Virus record (IMG/VR): IMGVR_UViG_3300010157_000016
Coordinates: 1-35,893 of that record
Direction: 5' to 3' (one strand)
Length of the DNA stretch: 35,893 bases
From: a virus
Part shown: positions 17,301 through 24,600 of the stretch, piece after piece
Layout: each line of letters starts with the position of its first letter
Numbering within the stretch: the stretch's first letter is position 1
The notes under the pieces: model-generated
Database searches by the model: none
Told to the model about the DNA's origin: nothing
What the model saw: only the letters and a program-made list of their open reading frames with translations
Made by a program: the position numbers and the translations under genes

Positions 17301-18185
17301 ATGGCCAGAATACGCAGTGTTCATCCGAGGTTATTTACGGACGAGGCGTTCATGAGCCTAAGTTCTGATGCTCAGATATTTTTAATCGGCCTATGGACCG
17401 AGGCGGACGATCAAGGAATATTTGAATGGAAACCCATAACTCTAAGGGCGCGTCTCAGACCTTCAAGAGACGGAGATGTAACCATTCTCCTTTCCGAATT
17501 GACGGACGCTAACTGCATAGCCTCTTACGAAATTGATGGACGTAAATACGGCGCTATTCGGAATTTCCGCAAGTTCCAGAAGCCCAAATCGCCCAACTCA
17601 ACCTATCCTATCCCTGATGGTTTACGTAAATACGTCCATCTAACCAATGTCATTTCCGAAACTAAGGAAGTTAATGAAAGTCAATTTCCCCAAAATGGAG
17701 AAAAGTCCCTGCTGGTGGAGGAGGGAGGAGGTAAGAAGGATGAGATAAAGAAAGAATCAGCTCAGACCCCAGAACAAAAAAAACCACCATCGAGCGAGGC
17801 AAAAGACTTGGCTGACGAGATTTGGAGAGCTGCTGGCAAAAACCCTGACGCAACGAGAGCTGTCGGTAAAATCGATGACATCACGTTTTGCCAAAGCCTG
17901 ATTTCTGGCGGATTTACTGCCGACCAAATCGCAGACGGGGCGAGGGCAATCATCGGGAGATCACCGGAAATCAAGAGTTTGTGGGGGTTGCTCAGGGTGG
18001 CTCTGCCGGAGGAGCTGAGTGGGATCAAAAATGGGCCTCCTGAACCAAAATTTGACAAGTGGGATGGCCGACTGCCCTTGATCGACAAAGGGGTTTGGCT
18101 GGATACGTGGTCATCAAACATGACACCAAAGCACGTCCTCGACCGATACGAATCGGCAAAATTGCGGCTTGAGGGTGCAGCATGA
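17301..18185 (+). CDS. Hypothetical replication-module protein, 294 aa
   Basis: ATG is 2 nt after the dnaB stop (track ORF trimmed). N-terminal FLIGLWTEADDQGIFEW box. Function not assigned. Confidence 0.6.
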   Translation: MARIRSVHPRLFTDEAFMSLSSDAQIFLIGLWTEADDQGIFEWKPITLRARLRPSRDGDVTILLSELTDANCIASYEIDGRKYGAIRNFRKFQKPKSPNSTYPIPDGLRKYVHLTNVISETKEVNESQFPQNGEKSLLVEEGGGKKDEIKKESAQTPEQKKPPSSEAKDLADEIWRAAGKNPDATRAVGKIDDITFCQSLISGGFTADQIADGARAIIGRSPEIKSLWGLLRVALPEELSGIKNGPPEPKFDKWDGRLPLIDKGVWLDTWSSNMTPKHVLDRYESAKLRLEGAA

Positions 18186-18271
18186 AAAAGCCCGAATCAT
18201 ATCCATACGAAACCTGTTTTGTCTGCGGTAAATCTAGGCGTGTGGGGCCTGATGTGGTCCAGACTGGGTGA
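18182..18271 (+). CDS. Possible small ORF, 29 aa
   Basis: ATGA overlap with the upstream stop. Translated by hand. Confidence 0.25.
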   Translation: MKKPESYPYETCFVCGKSRRVGPDVVQTG

Positions 18272-18339
18272 AAACATTGGGTCCATCACGGATCCTGCCA
18301 CAAGAGGCTTGAGGCTAAATTGAGAGGTGAAAAATCAGC

Positions 18340-18459
18340 ATGATCGCTATAACCGAAATATCTAGAGTGGCTTTGTCCGCCGTCATCGATGCTATCGGGA
18401 CCTGGTTTGTTATGATGGTCGGGTATCTGGCATGGTGCGCGTTTTTTTGGGAGTGCTGA
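18340..18459 (+). CDS. Possible small hydrophobic protein, 39 aa
   Basis: GAGAGGTGA SD about 9 nt upstream. Single TM-like segment WFVMMVGYLAWCAFFW. Confidence 0.4.
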   Translation: MIAITEISRVALSAVIDAIGTWFVMMVGYLAWCAFFWEC

Positions 18460-18462
18460 ATT

Positions 18463-18993
18463 TTGGGTAAACGATCTGATTTTCCCCGACGCAAAAATGA
18501 CTCCTATCCGACGCCCTACGAGGCGGTAATTCCGTTGCTGCCGTTTCTTAGGCCCGGAACAGAATATGTTGAGCCTTGTTGCGGCGGTGGTCAATTAATA
18601 CGCCATCTGGAGCAGCATGGTCATCTTTGCACTTTGGCAGTTGACATCAACCCTACTGGAGTACCATACGCATGGACTGGTAGCGCGTTTAATATATCCG
18701 AGTGTGATGGCTCGGTTTTTATCACCAACCCGCCGTGGACAAGGGAAATCCTCCACCCGATGATTGCCCACCTCTCCGATATGGCTCCAACATGGCTGCT
18801 GTTTGATGCGTCATGGGCGCATACCAAGCAGGCTAGGCCATATCTGGCGCGATGCACTGATATTGTGGCCGTTGGCCGTGTCAAATGGATTCCCGATAGC
18901 AAGTTTAGCGGCAAGGACGATTGCGCATGGTATCGGTTTGACCGAGAAATAGACGGCAGGCCAGTACCAACCAGATTTTGGGGTAGGGCATGA
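18463..18993 (+). CDS. Putative DNA N6-adenine methyltransferase (orphan), 176 aa, TTG start
   Basis: YPTPYEAV box, SAM-binding-like EPCCGGGQL, and catalytic-type ITNPPW (NPPW) motif. No adjacent nuclease gene. Confidence 0.6.
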   Translation: MGKRSDFPRRKNDSYPTPYEAVIPLLPFLRPGTEYVEPCCGGGQLIRHLEQHGHLCTLAVDINPTGVPYAWTGSAFNISECDGSVFITNPPWTREILHPMIAHLSDMAPTWLLFDASWAHTKQARPYLARCTDIVAVGRVKWIPDSKFSGKDDCAWYRFDREIDGRPVPTRFWGRA

Positions 18994-19502
18994 TGACCGT
19001 CAAATCCCCAGAGAAATCCTTATGGATCGCTGTTGTTGTCCAGGAAATTCGTGACGCAAAGCGCGCCGACTTAGCGCCCAAAAAACTATCCAAGAACCAA
19101 GTATGGATGCTCCAGCATTGGGACAAACAGCAAATTGTTTGCGCTGCCAAATACAAAACCAGAAAGGACGAAAACGCCGCCATTGATGCGCTACTGACTG
19201 AGCGTTACGATTACTTGATGGCTAAGTACGATGCGCGAGTATCCGCGTATAAATCTGGAAAAAATAACAAGACACCAAAAATCCCTTCGCACCCCAAAGA
19301 ATTGTTGAGGTGCGCTCCAGCCAGATATGCCGAAAACATCGACAGGGATAACGCGAGATCGTGGCTATTGAGTAATAGCAGCGATTTTAGGGATGTCTGT
19401 GACCTCGCCGGGTTTGATCCAGATTGCGTTTTAGCTGGGGCGAGGATATTGGCTGCAAATGGCTGGTCAGATGCAGCTGACATCAAGGAGGCAGCGGAGT
19501 GA
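18990..19502 (+). CDS. Hypothetical protein, 170 aa
   Basis: ATGA-coupled to the upstream gene. Its TGA stop is in the same frame as the following transposase-like ORFs. Confidence 0.6.
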   Translation: MMTVKSPEKSLWIAVVVQEIRDAKRADLAPKKLSKNQVWMLQHWDKQQIVCAAKYKTRKDENAAIDALLTERYDYLMAKYDARVSAYKSGKNNKTPKIPSHPKELLRCAPARYAENIDRDNARSWLLSNSSDFRDVCDLAGFDPDCVLAGARILAANGWSDAADIKEAAE

Positions 19503-20288
19503 GTGATGGTTTTTTTACGATCACTCCATTGGCTCCAGATTATGAGCGGATGCCAGAAGTCGTTTTCCGTCACCGTGGGGACAATTTTTCATCGAAGCCA
19601 CATCGATCTACAGCGCTGGTTTTTACTGATTTCACTAATGCTGTCGGCCAAAAAGGGGCTATCGGCCTGTCAAGCGGCCCGCGATCTCGGAATGCGACGA
19701 CCGACCGTCTGGTAAATGATGCACCGAATTTGCGGTGCAATGGCCGATGATGGCCAGTTGCTGTCGGGCTTGGTCGAAATGGACGAAACCTATGTCGGCG
19801 GAAAGCCCCGAAAACAAAACAGACGTGACGACGATCCGCCGGGATTTCAGGGCGTAACTAGCAAGATTCCTGTCGTCTGGGCAGTTGAACGATGCGGCAA
19901 TGTTAAAATCGAGGCCACGACAAAAGACGAGATGGCCGATGGCGGCTTGATCGATATGGTACGCCGCATGGTGTCATCAAAAGACACAGTTTTGACGACC
20001 GACGAACATCCTGGCTATGGCAGGGTCAATCGGCACGTCGCTCATCGGACAATTAACCACTCGGTGAGCTACGTGGAGCGGGATTTGTTCTCGGATCAGT
20101 TCGGCTTGACGCATACCAACACCATTGAGAGCATTTGGGCTATTGTGAAACGGGCGATTTTTGGACAATTTCATCACGTCAGCGCAAAATATCTGCCGCT
20201 GTACCTTAACGAAATCAGCTTTCGGTACAACCAGCGAAAAGCTGGCGGCGGATTTCACGGGGCACTTTATTTATCGGTGAAGCCCTAA
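19503..20288 (+). pseudogene. IS1595-family (ISXO2-like DDE) transposase gene, N-terminally disrupted and interrupted by an in-frame TAA at 19713-19715
   Basis: CQKSFSVTVGTIFHRSHIDLQRWF...KKGLSACQAARDLG...TVW*MMHRI, then DDE boxes VEMDETYVGGK, TTDEHPGY and NTIESIWAIVKR. Track ORFs 19503..19715 and 19716..20288 share one frame. Confidence 0.75.
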
Positions 20289-20477
20289 TGTGTATATGTC
20301 AGGAATTATGAGTGATTTGGTGGATTTGAGTGATTAGGCGGTAAGGTTGTTTGGGGAGTTGTCATGTGATGGCCGGAAAAAAGCGCTGTCTATTATTCGC
20401 TCTTTGGCTTTCCAACAACTAATTTCCGCTCAGCATCTACAAGAATCCTTAGTTCACGCACTTTTCATTTTCCTTTA

Positions 20478-20522
20478 TGTCCGAAAATAGCGTTTGACAT
20501 TGCAACAAAATTTTCGTACATT
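20478..20522 (+). promoter_or_regulatory. Promoter P2, a duplicated copy of P1/operator
   Basis: 40/45 identical to 14458-14502, with a perfect 29-bp core (20492-20520 = 14472-14500). TTGACA 20494-20499, N17, TACATT 20517-20522. The left half-site is degenerate (TGTCCGAAAA). Confidence 0.6.
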
Positions 20523-20559
20523 TTCCCTGCCAACACAGCGTTGGCTCCTCCCTAAACTC

Positions 20560-20589
20560 CCCTCGGCCTCAACCGGCTGGGGGCTTTTT
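20560..20589 (+). terminator. Intrinsic-terminator-like hairpin in the P2 leader
   Basis: A 9-bp GC-rich stem (20560-20568 pairs with 20575-20583, 2 G-U pairs) with loop UCAACC, followed by C and T5 (20585-20589). It lies between P2 and the ATG at 20613. Confidence 0.5.
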
Positions 20590-20612
20590 GGAGGAAAACA
20601 GGGAGAGCGACA

Positions 20613-20870
20613 ATGACTGAATACCAACAAATTCTAGAGGCCAAGGCCGACATGAAGTGCGCCATTTTCGTCGCCGTCATAGACGGATGCGCCAAAATCA
20701 ATGCATTGGCTTGGGAGCCGTGCAGCCATAGCCTGATAATGGCTCAAATCGACGATGTGATTGATGACGCTATACATGCGGCGCTCACGTCTGCTGATTT
20801 CGGCGAGGATGACATCGCGCTAGGAGCTGGTAAGAACGCCATCAAGATCAGGAATGAGGTGGCGTCATGA
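20613..20870 (+). CDS. Small acidic hypothetical protein, 85 aa
   Basis: First ORF after P2. By my count, 14 D/E against 6 K/R. ATGA overlap with the next gene. Confidence 0.6.
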   Translation: MTEYQQILEAKADMKCAIFVAVIDGCAKINALAWEPCSHSLIMAQIDDVIDDAIHAALTSADFGEDDIALGAGKNAIKIRNEVAS

Positions 20871-23065
20871 CTATTACGACTCAAGATTTACCAGAAATTT
20901 TGAAAAACCACTTGCTGTGGATTAACGGCGAAAAAGGCGGGGTGCGTGCCGTCCTGAGCACTGCCGACCTGATCGGTTCCGACCTGATCGGTGCCGACCT
21001 GAGCGGTGCCGACCTGAGCACTGCCGTCCTGAGCCGTGCCGACATGCGCGGTGCCGTTTTGAGCGGTGCCAACATGTGCGGTGCCAACATGTGCGGTGCC
21101 AACATGATCGGTGCCGTCCTGTGCGGTACAAACATGTGCGGTGCCGTCCTGAGCGGTGCCAACCTGAGCGGTGCCGACATGCGCGGTGCCGACCTGAGCA
21201 CTGCCGACCTGAGCACTGCCGACCTGATCGGTGCCTACCTGAGCAGTGCCGACCTGAGCACTGCCAACATGATCCGTGCCGTCCTGAGCGGTGCCAACAT
21301 GCGCGATGCCGACCTGAGCGGTGCCGACCTGAGCGGTTCCGTCCTGAGCGATGCCGACCTGAGCGATGCCGACCTGAGCACTGCCGACCTGAGCGGTGCC
21401 GTCCTGATCGGTGCCAACATGAGCCGTGCCGACATGTGCGGTGCCGTTTTGAGCGGTGCCAACATGTGCGGTGCCAACATGTGCGGTGCCAACATGATCG
21501 GTGCCGTCCTGTGCGATACCAACATGTGCGATGCCGACCTGAGCCGTGCCGACCTGAGCACTGCCGATATGCGCGGTGCCGACCTGAGCGGTTCCGTCCT
21601 GAGCACTGCCGACCTGATCGGTGCCGACCTGATCGGTTCCGACCTGAGCGGTGCCGACATGCGCGGTGCCGTCCTGATCGGTGCCAACATGAGCGATGCC
21701 GACCTGAGCCGTGCCGACCTGAGCGATGCCGTCCTGAGCGATGCCGACCTGAGCCGTGCCGACCTGAGCACTGCCGTCCTGCGCGGTGCCGACCTGATCG
21801 GTTCCGACCTGATCGGTGCCGACATGCGCGGTGCCGTCCTGAGCGGTGCCAACATGTGCGGTTCCAACATGTGCGGTGCCAACATGATCGGTGCCGTCCT
21901 GAGCGGTGCCGAGATGCGCGATGCCGACCTGAGCGGTGCCGTCCTGAGCGGTGCCGTCCTGAGCGATGCCGACCTGAGCCGTGCCGACATGCGCGGTGCC
22001 GTCCTGATCCGTTCCGACCTGAGCCGTGCCGACCTGAGCCGTGCCGTCCTGAGCACTGCCGTCCTGCGCGGTGCCAACATGATCGGTGCCGTCCTGAGCA
22101 CTGCCGACCTGAGCGATGCCGACCTGAGCAGTGCCGTCCTGAGTACTGCCATCCTGCGCGGTGCCAACATGTGCGGTGCCAACATGTGCGGTGCCAACAT
22201 GATCGGTGCCGTCCTGAGCGGTGCCAACATGCGCGATGCCGACATGTGCGGTGCCGACATGCGCGGTGCCGTTTTGAGCGGTGCTAACATGCGCGATGCC
22301 GACCTGAGCACTGCCGACCTGAGCGGTGCCAACATGATCGGTGCCGACCTGAGCGGTTCCGACCTGAGCGGTGCCAACATGATCCGTGCCGACTTGAGCA
22401 CTGCCGACCTGAGCGATGCCGTCCTGAGCACTGCCGACCTGAGCGGTGCCAACATGAGCCGTGCCGACATGCGCGATGCCGACCTGAGCCGTGCCGTCCT
22501 GATCGGTGCCGTCCTGATCCGTGCCGACATGCGCGGTGCCGTCCTGAGCGATGCCGACCTGAGCGGTGCCGACATGCGCGGTGCCGTCCTGAGCGGTGCC
22601 AACATGATCGGTTCCGACCTGAGCGGTGCCGTCCTGAGCGGTGCCAACCTGAGCGGTGCCGACATGCGCGGTGCCGTCCTGAGCGGTTCCGTCCTGAGCG
22701 GTGCCGACCTGAGCGGTGCCGACATGTGCGGTGCCGTCCTGAGCGGTGCCGTCCTGAGCGGTGCCAACATGAGCCGTGCCGACCTGAGCGGTGCCGACCT
22801 GAGCGGTGGTATTAAAATAAACGGCTCAGTAATAGAGCTGGGGCCGATTGGCTCCCGCAATGACACTGTGCTTTTCTACCAAACAGATTGTGGCGTTTAC
22901 GTTCAAGCTGGTTGTTTTTTAGGGGGACTCTCCGAGTTTTTTGACGCCGTTGAAAAAACGCATGGCGAAAATTCGCATGGATTCGCCTATCGGGCGGTGA
23001 TTACAATGATCGAGACAGTTTGGGCTGATTTTATTGCTAAAAAATTTAATGAGGTGGCGGCATGA
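20867..23065 (+). CDS. Giant pentapeptide-repeat protein (732 aa; 124 consecutive A[DNV][LM][SRCI][GTDRS] units plus a C-terminal globular domain)
   Basis: Residues 28-647 are uninterrupted 5-aa repeats (ADLSG, ANMCG, AVLSG...). N-terminal cap ILKNHLLWINGEKGG. The 85-aa C-terminal non-repeat region is GPIGSRNDTVLFYQTDCGVYVQAGCF... Confidence 0.9.
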   Translation: MTITTQDLPEILKNHLLWINGEKGGVRAVLSTADLIGSDLIGADLSGADLSTAVLSRADMRGAVLSGANMCGANMCGANMIGAVLCGTNMCGAVLSGANLSGADMRGADLSTADLSTADLIGAYLSSADLSTANMIRAVLSGANMRDADLSGADLSGSVLSDADLSDADLSTADLSGAVLIGANMSRADMCGAVLSGANMCGANMCGANMIGAVLCDTNMCDADLSRADLSTADMRGADLSGSVLSTADLIGADLIGSDLSGADMRGAVLIGANMSDADLSRADLSDAVLSDADLSRADLSTAVLRGADLIGSDLIGADMRGAVLSGANMCGSNMCGANMIGAVLSGAEMRDADLSGAVLSGAVLSDADLSRADMRGAVLIRSDLSRADLSRAVLSTAVLRGANMIGAVLSTADLSDADLSSAVLSTAILRGANMCGANMCGANMIGAVLSGANMRDADMCGADMRGAVLSGANMRDADLSTADLSGANMIGADLSGSDLSGANMIRADLSTADLSDAVLSTADLSGANMSRADMRDADLSRAVLIGAVLIRADMRGAVLSDADLSGADMRGAVLSGANMIGSDLSGAVLSGANLSGADMRGAVLSGSVLSGADLSGADMCGAVLSGAVLSGANMSRADLSGADLSGGIKINGSVIELGPIGSRNDTVLFYQTDCGVYVQAGCFLGGLSEFFDAVEKTHGENSHGFAYRAVITMIETVWADFIAKKFNEVAA
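20948..22807 (+). repeat. 15-bp periodic coding repeat array (124 units) with higher-order ~390-bp periodicity
   Basis: 1860 nt = 124 x 15. The block GCCAACATGTGCGGTGCCAACATGTGCGGTGCCAACATGATCGGTGCCGTCCT recurs at 21068, 21458, 21848 (1 mismatch) and 22163. Confidence 0.9.
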
Positions 23066-23286
23066 ACGCAATCATAAAGACCGATCAACCAGACATGGAG
23101 CCTTTCTATGAGGCCATGTCGATTGCTTACGAGAAAGAGGCAGAAGCGCAATTCCTCTATGCCGATGCCAAAAATCTGCATCCAACCGATGCGATTCGGG
23201 ATGGATGGATCGACCATATTGCCAACGCCGTCCAATTGTTAGAGAAGGCGGCAAAAGTCCTCGAACGCGACGAGGTAACGCTATGA
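23062..23286 (+). CDS. Hypothetical protein, 74 aa
   Basis: ATGA-coupled ORF. Confidence 0.55.
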   Translation: MNAIIKTDQPDMEPFYEAMSIAYEKEAEAQFLYADAKNLHPTDAIRDGWIDHIANAVQLLEKAAKVLERDEVTL

Positions 23287-23531
23287 ACCCAACATCAATA
23301 TTCGCCGAAACAGGCGATTTCGTCACCAAAATGGCGAACAAACTAAACGGACAGGATGAAGTTCAGGCGCTTGGCGCTGCTCTAGTCCAGTTCGGGATTG
23401 ACGCGCTCATTCAAACGATGGGCCGTCATGATCTGGCCCAGACTCTCCGCGAGATGCTGCCTGAGATTTGTTCGACGAACGACAACGGGGAGTCGGTGAC
23501 GTTGATCCCGCATATGGGAGCGGTGTCATGA
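23283..23531 (+). CDS. Hypothetical protein, 82 aa
   Basis: ATGA overlap at 23283-23286. The track ORF 23205..23531 is trimmed. Confidence 0.55.
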   Translation: MNPTSIFAETGDFVTKMANKLNGQDEVQALGAALVQFGIDALIQTMGRHDLAQTLREMLPEICSTNDNGESVTLIPHMGAVS

Positions 23532-23599
23532 GCTATGTCGAGGCGATTTTGACAGCGGCGATGGTTATCGCTTGTTGCATTAATTGGTAGGGGGCGTTT

Positions 23600-23839
23600 A
23601 TGGGACCATATGAGATAGCCCGGCAATATGCTTGGGGTGTGGCCGGAGAGTGGATAATCCGCCGCGTTGAGGGCCGGTTTGACGTTCCGGGAATCGACGT
23701 GTCCGCCCCGAATCACACGTCTGCAATGATTGTGATGCTTACGCTAAATACCACCCCGGCGGAAAAGCTTTGGGACTCCGCAAAGATTGCAGTCAGAGAA
23801 ACCCCAGACTATGCGCCGGAAACGGAGGCAGCAGAATGA
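23600..23839 (+). CDS. Hypothetical protein, 79 aa
   Basis: ORF in the operon. Its stop overlaps the next ATG. Confidence 0.5.
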   Translation: MGPYEIARQYAWGVAGEWIIRRVEGRFDVPGIDVSAPNHTSAMIVMLTLNTTPAEKLWDSAKIAVRETPDYAPETEAAE

Positions 23840-24600
23840 GTACCATAGTCGGGATGGGCCATAACCATCCGCCCGAACCTACGGCCTATGAAGTGGTTAA
23901 AGGCCACATCGAAGATTTGTATAACACAGCCAAAGACTTTCTTGATGGCGCTCCCGTCGATAATGCTGGCTTGGCCGGTGCTGTCGAGCTTCTGGAGGTG
24001 CAGTTGAAAGCGTCCATTAAGCGGGCCGACGAAGCCCGCAAGGCCGAATCCAAAAAGCCGAATGATGAAATTGCAGAAATACAATCTAGGTACAACCCAT
24101 TGATTGGCAATAACAAGTTTGGCAAGAGCATTGCCATTCTTGGCGTGGAAGCCTGCCAGAAAGCATTGTTGCCGTGGCGCAAAAAGGAACTAGCTGACAA
24201 GGAAGCGGCTGCCAAGCTGGCACGTGCAGAGGCGGAGGCCAAGGCCGAAGCCCTCCGTGCTGAACAAGAAAAGGCCATCGCATCTCAGGTCGATACCGTT
24301 GACTTGGCTGAACAAGAACGCCTGTCCAAGCTGGCAGATGATGCACAGAAGGCAAGCCGAATTGCCCGGAGTGCTGAGAAATCCGCCACCACCAAGACCG
24401 GCATCAGGACCACATTCAAGGCGGTTATGGTTGAGGGCGGCATGGATGCAGCTCTAACGCATGTTCTCATTAACGATGGCGATACGGTGCGCGGATGGTT
24501 GCAGGGTTGGGCTGACCTGGCCGTTCGCGACTCCGGACCTGGTGCAGCGTCAATGAATATCCCCGGATTTGAAATCAAATCCATACAGGAATCGAGGTGA
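23836..24600 (+). CDS. Hypothetical coiled-coil protein, 254 aa, upstream of erf
   Basis: ATGA overlap at 23836-23839. A/E/K-rich central coiled-coil-like region. Function unknown. Confidence 0.6.
   Translation: MSTIVGMGHNHPPEPTAYEVVKGHIEDLYNTAKDFLDGAPVDNAGLAGAVELLEVQLKASIKRADEARKAESKKPNDEIAEIQSRYNPLIGNNKFGKSIAILGVEACQKALLPWRKKELADKEAAAKLARAEAEAKAEALRAEQEKAIASQVDTVDLAEQERLSKLADDAQKASRIARSAEKSATTKTGIRTTFKAVMVEGGMDAALTHVLINDGDTVRGWLQGWADLAVRDSGPGAASMNIPGFEIKSIQESR

Noticed and set aside
19501-20335. GAGTGAT direct repeats (19501, 20310, 20328) flanking the transposase-like ORF, considered as possible IS ends or target duplications
   Set aside because: They are only 7-8 bp and direct rather than inverted. 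They enclose a span too short for a complete IS1595 element. No terminal inverted repeats were found.
21076-22287. 403-aa plus-strand ORF (RCRPERC... repeats) overlapping the pentapeptide gene in another frame
   Set aside because: It is a by-product of the 15-bp periodic DNA: any frame of a perfect repeat lacking stops stays open. It has no independent start context, and its Cys/Arg/Pro composition simply mirrors the main frame.
20948-22807. Highly regular short-period repeat array that could be mistaken for a CRISPR-like or satellite array
   Set aside because: The period is 15 bp with no unique spacers. The array lies in frame within one long ORF that has non-repeat N-terminal and C-terminal caps, so it is coding repeat DNA.
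21235-22866. 543-aa minus-strand ORF (LRSAPLRTAP... repeats) antisense to the pentapeptide gene
   Set aside because: Same repeat artefact on the opposite strand. It is embedded in a plus-strand operon with no promoter or SD.
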